Shown here piece by piece: positions 1 through 11,358 of a stretch of DNA of 64,000 bases (position 1 is its first letter; each line of letters opens with the position of its first letter). The position numbers and the translations under genes are program-made. The notes beneath the pieces were generated by a model. It saw nothing but the letters and a program-made list of their open reading frames with translations, did no database searches and was not told the DNA's origin. This stretch comes from a virus, in IMG/VR virus record IMGVR_UViG_3300045125_000158, positions 118,618 through 182,617 of that record; one strand, given 5' to 3'.

Positions 1-89
1 TATGCGTCTTTTGCTTGCAACTTAATACTCAACAAGATATCTATACTGTCAACCATAGGAACTAATTCTTTAAGCGTAAATTTAATCAT
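1..89 (-). CDS. Partial hypothetical protein (N-terminus MIKFTLKELVPMVDSIDILL...), runs off the window
   Basis: ATG at 89 preceded by a GGAG RBS; open to position 1. Confidence 0.6.
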   Translation of the reverse strand, partial: MIKFTLKELVPMVDSIDILLSIKLQAKDA

Positions 90-130
90 GTTTTACTCCA
101 TTTATTTATCTTTATCGACATCTTTTATCT

Positions 131-168
131 AAAAATAGAAGGGTTGCCCTTTCGAGCAACCCTCTATT
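131..168 (-). terminator. Rho-independent terminator after the major capsid gene
   Basis: Minus strand AATAGAGGGTTGC-loop-GCAACCCTTCTATT followed by a T run, about 30 nt past the capsid stop. Confidence 0.8.
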
Positions 169-196
169 CAATCCATATTTTAACCAAATCCTAAGA

Positions 197-3160
197 TTAG
201 GTTACTGAACCAGTCAACTGTACGGCAGAGATGGCGTAATCGTTGATGATTGCAACGCCAACCTCTTCGTAGATGACCCAACCAAGACGAAGCTTCTTTG
301 GATCATCAGCAGGAAGAACTGTGATGTCCTGACGAATTGGGAATGCGCCCAACCGTGTCAGGAGATGCCAAGCAAAGAACATAGTTCGATGGCATCTTGC
401 TTGATACGTGAAGGTCAGCAGTCCACAAGTGTCCGTAGAGACCAGTCGTGAGAATTTCACGAGTAGTAGCCTCATCGAAGAAGCGATACGAAGCAGTTGT
501 TCCACCCGAACCGTTGAACAAACGAACATCCGAATAACGGAAGGCGTTCATTACAACCTTGGTGCAAACCAAGTCGTGCTGCTCGATCTCGCGATAAGCA
601 TAGTTGAGGCTCTGTGGAGTAAGAGGAGCCGCGCTAGATGTAGTCTGATCACCACGAAGTGCGTTGATGCAGGCTGTGAAAATCTGCTCGTCCTCTTCCT
701 TCTGAATGGCCTCCTTGGCTTTTATTTGCATGTGTTAATAACATTTTATTGTTATGTCCCTTCAGGGAACTCTATATATCGCTATATAGTTCAGACTTTA
801 TCTTCCGTATGGCATATCAATTCAGTGGACAGAAACGGGACCGCATAAAGTCGTTGAGGATCATTGGTAAAAAGCCCTTCAAATTTGTAGCGCATACTAG
901 GATGCACCCAAGGGAGTATAATTTGTGCAAATTTTTTACTCGTTTTGTTACTGAAAAAAACTACATACTGATTTTCTGCTCTTTTTTGTGGCTTGCAATA
1001 AATTGCTAGGTTTTGATAAAACCATTCACAAATTGATGCAACTTCATCATATCTAAAACAATTCGTATGTAGTGCTAATCCTTCATTTTTACATCTGCTA
1101 CCATCATCTGAAACCAAAATGCCAAACTTATTGGAGTAAGTTTATCAAGATGTTTTCTTGTAATTGTCTTTTGTTTAGCTACATAAACAAGCTTGTAAAC
1201 TTCGTCAAAATCAGGATGTCCTCCTGTAGAAAATATGTACCTCTGTCCATCTTTTCTATTTGTAGAAGTAATCTGATCACTGTAGCAGAAGTTTTTCCAT
1301 ATGTTGTATTTTAGTTCTATATATTCTTTTTGCGAAGTACTGTGACAGCACATGAGTCTAGCGTGCCTTGCAGTCTCAAATAAATATAAGCAATCATCAC
1401 CTAAAATACTTCCATACAATATTTCTTTCTGCACCTGCGAAATATGGGTTGGATATCTACGTTCATAATCGAGATAATACAACTAATCCATATTTTTTTT
1501 GTAGACGCTGTATACACGATCTTGATACCTTATATATTTTTGCTATTTCTTTTGCGTCAATTTTTTCTTCAAACATTAGACGAGATAAAGCATCTCTGCT
1601 CAAATTATCTTTTGCCTTCATTTTACCAATTCTTTCCTGCTGATTGTCTTGTTTCAACCGACTTGTTTTTATCCTTATCGGCCTATCTTGGTCGTTGCCA
1701 AGTTCAAGATGTTCCAGCATATGGCGGTCTTACGTACCCAAATATTTATCCAGCACGGTCCACAATGTAGAAACGACGAGCTTTGATCTCGCTAAGACGG
1801 ATGGTTGGGTTAGCTGCGATCTCCCAAGTTGGGACGAGGATTTCCTCACCCTCTTGGATTTGATCGGGTACTGCACCACGACGAGAAACGACGAATGCAA
1901 TAGCTGCAACGTCACGCTCGTAGCGAGCGAGAGCGCCTTGTGGCAATTCCTTGCGTGGTCATCCCTTTCGGGAGCCGTGGGCTATACCATCATCTCTCAA
2001 TGAACGAGAGAGTCGGACATATTAGCATCAAAACATTTCAGATTTGACGCTCCGCTCATTTTTGAGCAAGTCTCTACGGGGTTATCAAAAAGTTTATTTT
2101 TATAAGCCATGCATGGAACTGTATGTGGTTTTATAATTTCGCACACTTTCATGTACTCTTTATTATTAACTCGTATGATTTGCTTATTACTTGCCGCATT
2201 TATGGCGTATGTATCAATTTTAAATGAATCGAAAAGCATCGACCTTAAAACTTGTACATCAGAAGCCGTAAATCCTTCAGTATGAAAAGATGCAAACCAA
2301 GAATTTCTACCATTTCTACACACACTGCCATCATCATAAAACCATGCTGCTAAACTTAGAGGAGATAAATTAAAATATGGTGCAATTTTTTTCCCATTTG
2401 GATAAAAGGTTTCACGTATATCATCAAAATCTTTATGTAATACCGAAGTTAAAACGCACGTTGGTTTAGTGCCATACGTTTTTGTTTTTGTATTATCAAT
2501 AATCTTGATGTCTTGATATACCAAATTATCTAATATAGACTTCCTTCCATTGCAGATATTCAATTTGATCTATGGAATGTGTTTCAGAAAATCTGCATCC
2601 GTTCTTGCCTTCGTGATGACGATAGACTCCACCATCACCGAGCAAAGATCCGAATATCAAATCCTTCTGTTGCGCATCAAGAGACTGCTCGTAGTAATAC
2701 GAATACTCTCTTTTATGTCTTTTAATCTCAATTCCATTTCGTTTAAGAATCCTACCTATAACACTCTTGTCACATCCGTAAATAGATGCAATTTGACGCA
2801 AAGTACGATTCATTTCTTTGTATAAAGAAATTACTTCGCTAGTGTTAATGTTAAGTTTCTTACTCATTACGATCCTCAAGAACTTTTCTTAAACTTCCCT
2901 CGGGATTGCCTTGATAACACAAGTTATTTTAGGGTTCCCCGATATGAGTCCGATTTTTATTAAGACTCTCACGAGTCTAGGTGGACAAATTGCGTTAATC
3001 CACCATCAAAAGCTTACGACCTACTGCTTGATATTCAAGCGAACGACGGATTGGCTCGACCATCGCCTGCGCTAAAGCTGTACGACCCTCGTCGGTCTCA
3101 AGCTGCCTGAGCGATGATCATTTCCTTCTGTTCATCAGTATATGATTTAGTTAGACTCAT
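197..3160 (-). CDS. Major capsid protein (HK97-like, about 296 aa after splicing); exons 3160-2998, 1949-1752, 728-197
   Basis: AAGGAG RBS and ATG at 3160. Exons join as MSLTKSY...RKLLMVD|ELPQGALARYERD...YIVDRA|QIKAKEAIQKEED...LGWVIYEEVG...SVT*. Lies after the scaffold and decoration genes and before a strong terminator. Two single-base insertions (about 3100 and 350) must be corrected. Confidence 0.85.
729..1751 (-). mobile_element. Group I intron 2 in the capsid gene
   Basis: 5' exon ends in U (GCT) and the intron ends in G (...ACACATG|CAA). Core elements: P ATATGCTGGAA, Q AATCAGCAGG, R TCAACGACT, S AAGATAAAGTCT. Removal restores the frame (VDRA|QIKA). Confidence 0.9.
791..1621 (-). CDS. 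Intron-encoded LAGLIDADG homing endonuclease (two-motif type, N-terminal HTH-like segment; frameshifted)
   Basis: ORF pieces 1463-1720, 1075-1482, 791-1117; motifs ILYGSILGDD and LAFWF..DDGS. Confidence 0.85.
1950..2997 (-). mobile_element. Group I intron 1 in the capsid gene
   Basis: P1: exon GTGGAT pairs with intron GTCCAC, with a U.G pair at the splice site. P10: GCAATT pairs with 3' exon AATTGC. P ATATCGGGGAA, Q AATCCCGAG, R GTAGAGACT; terminal G (...CGCAAG|GAA). In-frame TAA at the intron start. Confidence 0.9.
1997..2867 (-). CDS. Intron-encoded LAGLIDADG homing endonuclease (frameshifted)
   Basis: ORFs 2526-2879 and 1997-2563; motifs LIFGSLLGDG and SLAAWFYDDGS. Confidence 0.85.
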
Positions 3161-3242
3161 TTTAAAACTCCTTAATTTTGTATGTTACGGTTTTTATTTC
3201 CGTGACAATTATTTCCTAGATGAAATCTAAGACAATGCAGAA

Positions 3243-3873
3243 TTACAGCTGCATGATTAAGCTAATGAAGCCCGAACCATTGAAGGACTTCAAAGCCATC
3301 GAGTAATCCGAAGAAGAGCCACCGTCAACGCCGGGGACGCCGCTTGGATACTGAGTAATACCACTGGTAAGAATACCAATTTGTGATGCGTTAGAGGTTG
3401 TTGAGCAGGTGATCAAACCAGCGTTAGCCGTAGTATAGGCTGCGGTTGGGTTGGCATACACCTTAGCACCAACCGTGAAAGTATCGGTGCTGAGGAACAT
3501 GTCGGTATAGAATTCACCACCCGTGATGTAAACAGTCAACAAACCAGAACCAAGAGTTTCGTTGAAATAATCTGAAACTCTGTTCTGCGTTGACTTCTTG
3601 CTTCCGCCTGAGCTTATAAGAACGCTGTCTTGATAAGCGGTGTGACCAGCAGAAAGCTGCAAGCGAATCGCCAGCAAGTCCTATTGGGAGGATTGTTGGT
3701 GATGCGTTGCTTGCCGTAGCATGCTTAACGTAGCCTGCGCTTGTCAAGCCTACGACTTCGCCGGCGTAAACACCGTAGGTTGCATCTGAGCTACCTGCGT
3801 TGATCAAAGCAACATCGGCTGGATCAACTGGGAACATTGCGACTGCTGTGTGATACTTGGGAATAAGTGCCAT
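3243..3873 (-). CDS. Putative head decoration/cement protein
   Basis: Two overlapping ORFs joined by one frameshift; small-residue-rich beta-type sequence (GEVVGLTSAG, FTVGAKVYAN); immediately upstream of the capsid gene. Confidence 0.5.
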
Positions 3874-3900
3874 AATAAATCTCCTTAAAATTACCTAAAA

Positions 3901-6900
3901 TTACTTGAACCTAACATTGTTATTCTTCAACTCAAAATTTGGATCGTCCTGAGCGAGTTCGTTGCTCTTATTCAACGTGAATAAGCTTTGTATTGAATCT
4001 TTCAATTCTTGTGCAACTTTTCTCTGATTACTACGCTCAGATATAACTAAAGGCTTTTCTGTGCCCTTCGCAACAGTATCGAATCCTTTCTTGGAAGCAC
4101 CAAAGAGTGTTGTCTCCAAATCTTTCAAATCACTAGCCTCATAGCGTGATAACTTTTCGATTTCTGATGCAAGCTTATCTAAAGTTATCAATCCCGCCTT
4201 GAGCTTACGACCTGCAAGCTTTGTAGCAGCCTCTTTTTTGCCGCCAAGGATTCAGCATCGCCACTAGCAATGACTGTTCCTTTAATGTCTGTTTGCTTTT
4301 CTGGAGCATTCTTCTCATTCTTGTCAAACTTAGAATTCATTCCGCCGCCAACTGGAATGCTTGGAGCATCCTTGCCAGCCTTGGGTACATCCTTGATTGT
4401 ATCCTCTCGTGCCCCATCAATTTGCTATCCTCTGTCTTGCCTATATCGCAGGATTCAGAAGGCTTTATTGGGTTTCCGCTATCAGGAAGATCTTTGTCTG
4501 CTGAATGCTTACCAATATCACCATGCTCGGAAACTGGCTTGGCATCGTTAATCTTCTTGTCTGATGCTGTCTTGATATTCTTCATAATCTGTTCGGCAAG
4601 AACGGTCGTGCGGGCTTTGCTGGAAGCAGCATGATTTCCTGCACCTCTGTTTCCTCCTGTCATCTCGTGAGTTTTCTCACTTGTATAACCAAGCTCTTTT
4701 TCATGACCCATTTCGCCACCGCCAGCATCAAAAGCAGGTTTATTAGTTACAACCTCAAGACCCGCATCTGCTTTCGCCACCCATCAGCGCCTTTTTACCT
4801 GCCTCAGGCACTTTGGGCTTATTCATTTCGAACTTTCTTCATGACCCATAGTCTTGTGATCCTGCACCTTACCAGCAGCTGTCTTGCACGTTCTTGAGAG
4901 TTACTTCTTTGCTTGCTTGATTTGTTTGCCCTGATTAGCAAGAACTTGAAGTACATTACTGAGATCCAAATTTATTTCTCCGGTACTAGAAATCTTGCCT
5001 TTTCTGAAAACTTGTGCCACAGAAGCCTCCTTTTTAGCTTGCTCTGTATCCTCTCCCTCATCTTCATCTCCCGTTTTCTTGAGGAAATCGGGTTTTGAAT
5101 CATGAGCGTGATCATGATCTGCTGGCTCGTCTTTCTTATCATCATGCTCATGTTCATCATGCTCATGTTCCTCGCTCTCATGCTCTTCGTGCTCTTCTTC
5201 CTTGTCATGATCTTTATTGGTGTGACCTTTTGGCTTGTCACCATCATCATCGCCATCGTCCTCACCACACTCCTCGCATTCCTCATCCTCTGCATCTTCA
5301 CTACTCATAGCAATTTCTTTCTCAGTTGTTGCAGAAGGAGGCATCCCAACATCAGTTGCTGCAGTTTCGGCTTCTGCAGATTCAAGTGCTGCTTCGCCCG
5401 ATGGCAAATTGCCTACAGCCTCTTCAATTCCTTCAGTTGCTTCTGCTGGCGTTTCAATTGCCTCGCCAACTGGCATTTCTTCACTCATAGGCTCGTGATG
5501 AGCTTCCTCTGATGGCTTCTCGCCCATAGCCTTACCCCCATAGCCTTATCCAATGCTGCATCGAGATTCTCAAGAACATTTTGTGGCAACTCAATTGTTA
5601 CCATATCGCCCTCTGGTAAACCCTCAGGCTTGGCAAATGGATCTACTTCTTTCATATCCATTACGTCGGCTTCATCAGAAGCCTCTGGCATGGGAACCTC
5701 ACCAACTGGGGCTTCTGGCTCTTCTTTGATTGGAGACATTTCCTCAATTGCATCAGCAGCGCGATCCTGAACTTCAGCGTATTTATTCTTCAACTGATCA
5801 CAAACTATGCACGCTTCTTTCATGCTGAACTGTGCAGTCTTAACAAAATCTTCTACACAGTTAACCATCTGATCTTCAACAGACCAAATCGAAGCTATCT
5901 TGATTGCAAGATCGTTGGCGTAAACTCCAGCTGTCGCAAGCTTCTTGCAAGCACATTCAGCAAGTGGCTTGCCCTCGCAAGGACCACTCATCGCAAGTGC
6001 ATTCTCTCCAAATTTACGTGCAATCTTTTCGATGCATGTTTCGATTGGGAACTTGCTACCAAAACCAGCAGTCTTCTGCAATCCGGCTATAACATTATCT
6101 CTAGATGCGGTCTTAACCGTCTTGAACAAGCCTTTCTCGTTCATGGCAAGAATTGTTTGCCCTTCTCAGTTAAAAGCATGCCATCAAAATCTTGTTCCGC
6201 AATTCCATGAGCTGAAAGTGCAGCGTTAAAAGATGCTTTTCTGCGATTGCATGTATCACACTCTCTTGTAAGAGGTATGGCATCATAACGCCATTCAGCA
6301 AATACAGCCTTCTTGCCACCCTTATCAACGCCAGCTACATGCACCTCAAACTTTCTACCAGTATCTAGGCACATGAACGCATTACCCGCAAGCTTCATAG
6401 TGCTGTTATTGCCTGTGTAAGGGCTAACTGCGCCAAGGCTCCAAGTTTTACCCTCAGCCTTAGCAGCCTCTTGCGCAACCTTAATCATAGTGCTGTTGAG
6501 ACGCGTCATAGCTGCAACAGGCATACTCTCTGGCTCCTTAGACTCTGGCATTGCAAAGCCTTCGCCCTTATCTCCCTCTTCTTCTTCTTCTCACCGGAAT
6601 CTAGAACGCTTGGATACTTAGTTATTGAAATATTTACCTTAACATCAAACTCAGCCTTGCAATTATTGCAGCGGCACTTACCTTCAAGCACATCAACGTC
6701 GCTAGATCCGCATACTACGCAAACAGTTCCGGGTGGCTTGGGCTGCATATCGGTATCAGTTGCCTCATCTGCACCCTCCATTCCACCCATACCAGCTGCA
6801 CCACCAGCGGCTGGAGCAGTAGACAAGGCCTCGGCCCCACCCATACCACCCGCACCCGCGTTCATATCAGCGCCGCCCATCATGCCACCAGCTGCACCAC

Positions 6901-9900
6901 CAGGAGCTGGAGTACCCATACCGCCAGCAGGACCGCCAAATTGTGCTTGCTTTAACATATTTTTCCTATTTTCTGAACGTGCTTTACGATTCATGCCAAA
7001 CCTGTTCTCATAAGCTTCACCAAACTCTTCATCCATAGATTTCTCTTCCTCATCTGAAGAAACCGACATTTGTGCAACCTTGAATTGCGATTTGATTGCA
7101 CTTGCAAATGCTCGCTTCTCGCTATCGGAGCAAATCGCCGTTTCCTTGCAATCCATTTCGAATGTGCCATTCTCAGCATTAATATCAACATTAGCAATCA
7201 CAAATGGCTTGTTAATATGAGACTTAGCGAAACGATAGAGAGCCTTCATAAAAGCGTTACGGTCAGATGGATCTACTGTGACATCATCAGTCAAAGTTCC
7301 GCATACCTTGTAAAGACCATCATCTTCTTGTGAAGCTTCTACAACATCAGAATCTTCAACATTCTGCGATGCAGTCTTAAATTGTGAATTTACCAATTTG
7401 CTGTAAGCAGTCTTCTCAATTTCAGTGCATATTGATTGATCTTTGCAATCCATTTCAAAAACGCCAGCCTCTTTATCAAGGCTTACATTTTCAATAATGA
7501 ATGGCACATCAATATGACTTGAAGCAAATGCGTGTAATGCCTTCATGAAATTCTGACTTATTATCAGGATCAACAGTTACGTCATCAGAAAGCGTACCGC
7601 AAACCTTGTATAGGCCATCATCTGAACGATTCATTTCTGCAAATGCACTGGCAAAAATATCTTCCTTGCTCATTGGATTGCTGTTTACTGCATTGGCAGA
7701 AGCAATCTTGATTTGAGCTTGAGATTCGGCTGAAGCAAATACCTTATTATTTGATACCGCAAACTTGAGGGCATCAACAAAATCCTCAGCCTTATTATAT
7801 CCTATATTATCACCCATGGCTGCGAGCATGCTATCAACTGGATTGTCAATTGATACGCTGGCTAATTTATTAAAATAATTCTTACGATCAATATTGGCTT
7901 TTCTGGTCTCTACTTTATTTGGAGCAGCATTGACAAGAGTCAACAAACCAGCCTTAATCTGTGCATATGGATTCACTGTCATCACATTTATAGCCTTAGA
8001 TATGTCAGCAGGAGACAAGCCGTAGTTAGCAATAGCATCAACAATCGTATTGGAAGCAGCCTTAATCAAGTCCTTAGCAGACGAAGCAACTCTTTCGCTA
8101 TCTGTTTGTAGCGCAACTTTCTTTTGCGCATTTAATTGCGCTTGCGTAATAACTTCTGGAGCAACCCACTTGTGAGACTTCTGCAAGCTAGTCAATTGAG
8201 CCTGGGTGATTTGACTAGTGTAATCAGCTCCCAAGGTAGTCGATACACGACGGCTCATTTCGTCCCACTGAGCTTCGGTAATAACTTCTGGGAAACTATT
8301 CCATCTTGCAAGATCACCTGCAAGAGCCGCAAGCTGAGCCTCGGTAATAACTTCAGCAGCTTTTCCGTGCTGCAATTGATTTGAATCGGAGGTAGTGTCC
8401 TTGAGTGGCTTGATGTCACCTTTGCCAGCTAACTGCGCTTCGGTTGTTACTGATACAAGAGTATCAGTTCGAGCATGTAGTGGGCCTGCATTATCTAATT
8501 GTTTCTGAGTAATAACTTCTTGCTGTGATGCCTCGGCAGCCGCTACTTTAGTTGTTTTGTTATCTGACATGTTAACTCCTGATTCTTTTTGATATTGATT
8601 AAAAATAATTTATGCAGCTTCCTGAGGATTAGTGGAAGCAAGTTTTACTATTTCATCGCCAAATTCTTCAGCTGATGCCCAACTAACAAGTTTATTTTCT
8701 TTCCATTTACCAACAACAAAACCGCTGCCTTCAACATTAGCAACGGTCACACGTAAATTACCATTTGTATATTCGTATACGTTCTCGGTATTGGCCACTT
8801 CGCTACTCCTTTGTGCAAGCAAAACTATAGATCTTCGCAGTTCTGAGCTTACACGATCAAGCTTGTCATTTACATTCTGTGCATTCTTTAAAAATCCTTC
8901 TTAAATTCTAAAGAACTTTGCACAAAACTTGGTCTTGTCACTGAACCTAACCCGTCAAGACTAGATGTTTGAGCTGCCAGATGGACTCCTTGTTGGTGTA
9001 ACATTTGTTGCTGGTGCTGACGAAGCCGCAGGCGTTGGCGCTTGCGTTACAGGCTGTCCTACTTGTGCTGGATTCATGACTTGCTGCGATTGACTTGTTG
9101 CAGGAACTTGCGATCCTCCACTTAGCATATTTCCTATTGCAATTTCCTGTTCTGATGGAGAAGGTAATTGTCCATAACCCATTTCAGTTAATTCGTCAAG
9201 CAAACTTTGCACTTTAGCCATATGCTCTACAAGATCACTAGCATAATCTAACTCAATTTGTTGTTTATGTGCCATCATAGAACGCGCAACATGCTCCATT
9301 AAATTCATAGCTTGTGACAGAGCTTGCAACTCCGATTTACCTGCTGTTTTTTCTAACGAACCTTCATTCATCGTATCAACAGTACCGGCAAGAGAAGACG
9401 CAACCTTTTGAGTTGTTGTATGTTTTCATGCCACTTTATTTTTGATAGCATCCACATCAAGAATATCACAAACTAAAACAATCATGACATGCTGGATTTA
9501 CAACGAAGCTATCTTCAATAAATTTTATATCAAAGTTCCATTCATAAACTTTAGCTTCTTTTGTGCATCATTTCATGTTTATGACCTTTTTGCAATTATC
9601 AAGCGGGCAATCGTCTTCTGGTTTACTGCTACTTTCGTGATACTTGCAATCATATTTGCCGCTTATTTTTCTATTTTTACCGTTTTGATGTGTGCGTACA
9701 ATTATGGACGCTAGTATTATTAGCTACACTTAACTATGTGATTCTGTTTCAAAATTATAAACACTCTCCGATATATTCAATATCTTCAACGGAATATAGA
9801 GAATGTTTAGCAAATTGACCATCATCTGTCCAAACATTGTCTAGTTTGGTGTATTCATAACTTAAGTGTGGCTACCTTGCTTGCCTTATCTCCACCTCCA

Positions 9901-11325
9901 AGCAAATTGCTTTAACTTGACTATTTTCAAAGATACTCGATATATTTGCGACTCTTTCTCTCTATTTATTGGCCCACCTCTATTTACGTAACACTCATAG
10001 ATGGCGATGCCCCAACAATCATAAGCAGTAGTATATTTGACTTGCTAATCCTCTACATGCAGAAGAACATGAAAGTTTTGTCTTATTGTCAATGTAACCA
10101 TCGCCATCAACGCATGATAGCAATTGCTTTAAATTATCATTAGAAAGAGATAGCACATCCATATGATATTTTTCTTTTTTCTCTATGACACGCCTGGACA
10201 TAGATTGACAATTATAATTCAGCAATTTTTCATTCCATAACCTAATTCTTGCTGTATTTTTTTGTGTATTCGTTCGAATAAACTTGCGGACATACATTGA
10301 AAAGTGATTTACAAATGTTTATTACATCATCTATGTAGTCTGTTTCTTCATTGGCAAATGTAATTTCAAAAGCTTTTATTTTGCCGTCTCTTTTTACTCT
10401 TGATCCTTCAGCTCCATAATAACCAAGAAGTCTTGCAAATTTTGCTTGTTGATCAGCTATTAAAATGTCCAAGCTCCATATTTTTCAAATAAAGAATTAT
10501 CTTGAATTAAATTAGGTTTACAGGTGTAAAGTGTATGGTTGTCGGTTAAGTGATCCGCACAAACGAATCTATACTCACCTCTGCTAAAACCATAAATGGG
10601 TGGTTTTAGTACACAATAATTCTCCCTCGATAGCTCTTGATTTCAATGAAAGAATTTTTTCAGAAGCATTTCTTTTGAATAAATGTGTAACTTTAGTTTT
10701 GCTACCAAAAGCATCAACAACTTCGTCACCGACAACTATATCTTTGATCGGTTTGGTAGAAAGATCTGACATCAATATGGGAGTGTCACCAACAAAACAA
10801 AATTCATCTGCGGTGTGTGCTTTATTATGACAAATTGAACATAAAGAGTATCCAACTTGCGCGTCATGCTAGTGCCATTAATGTATTTTTCTTCTATACC
10901 ACGAGCTAATCTTGGATAGGCGGCTCTGTCTACCATGTTGATGCAATATATGCCCTTTTACTTTCGTCGTACCAAGCGTGAACAACCTTACCACGAGCAT
11001 TTTCAACATTATCATTTTGATGGTTCACAAAAACAGGAACACCAATAAATGTATGTGCAGCTTTCTTAAGCTCACTTTCATTGAAGCAGTCACCGTTGTC
11101 ATTTACTTCATTTGCTTTGATTGCAAAAACTTTTACGAATAAATTATCAGGGTTATCTTTGACAGCCGCAGTCAAATCAAATCCGCCAAGATCAATTGTT
11201 TTGGTCTTGTCTAGTGAAGCTGTTTTAATTTTTGATGTGTTATAAAATGACCATGAACCTTCAGTAGGAACGTGGAGTGGCTCAATTTCCATTTTAAAAT
11301 CAAGTTTAGCTCTCTTCTCAAACAT
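3901..11325 (-). CDS. Giant prohead protease/scaffold protein (about 2,400 aa including the intein; multiple frameshifts)
   Basis: Protease motifs VFVNHQND (His), GTSM(G) (Ser), FIEDSFVVNPA and a CSIC..H..C.H zinc site. Consecutive ORFs 8961-9371, 8610-8822, 7509-8570, 6506-7573, 6141-6551, 5485-6144, 4901-5527, 4337-4780, 3901-4191 read through with single-base corrections. Ends in an acidic, scaffold-like C-terminus. Confidence 0.65.
9701..10799 (-). mobile_element. Intein with LAGLIDADG endonuclease in the prohead protease (about 366 aa)
   Basis: TADEF|CFVGDTPILMSD ... ARLLGYYGAEG ... VDGDG ... VYNFETESHS..NNTSVHN|CTHIK. Confidence 0.85.
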
Positions 11326-11358
11326 TGATATGTTTCTCCCTATCGTATATACGATAAA

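Noticed and set aside
4631-7333. Plus-strand ORFs rich in His, Met, Pro or Ser (also 14061-14435, 63182-63523)
   Set aside because: Antisense shadows of low-complexity acidic or Gly-rich minus-strand coding sequence.
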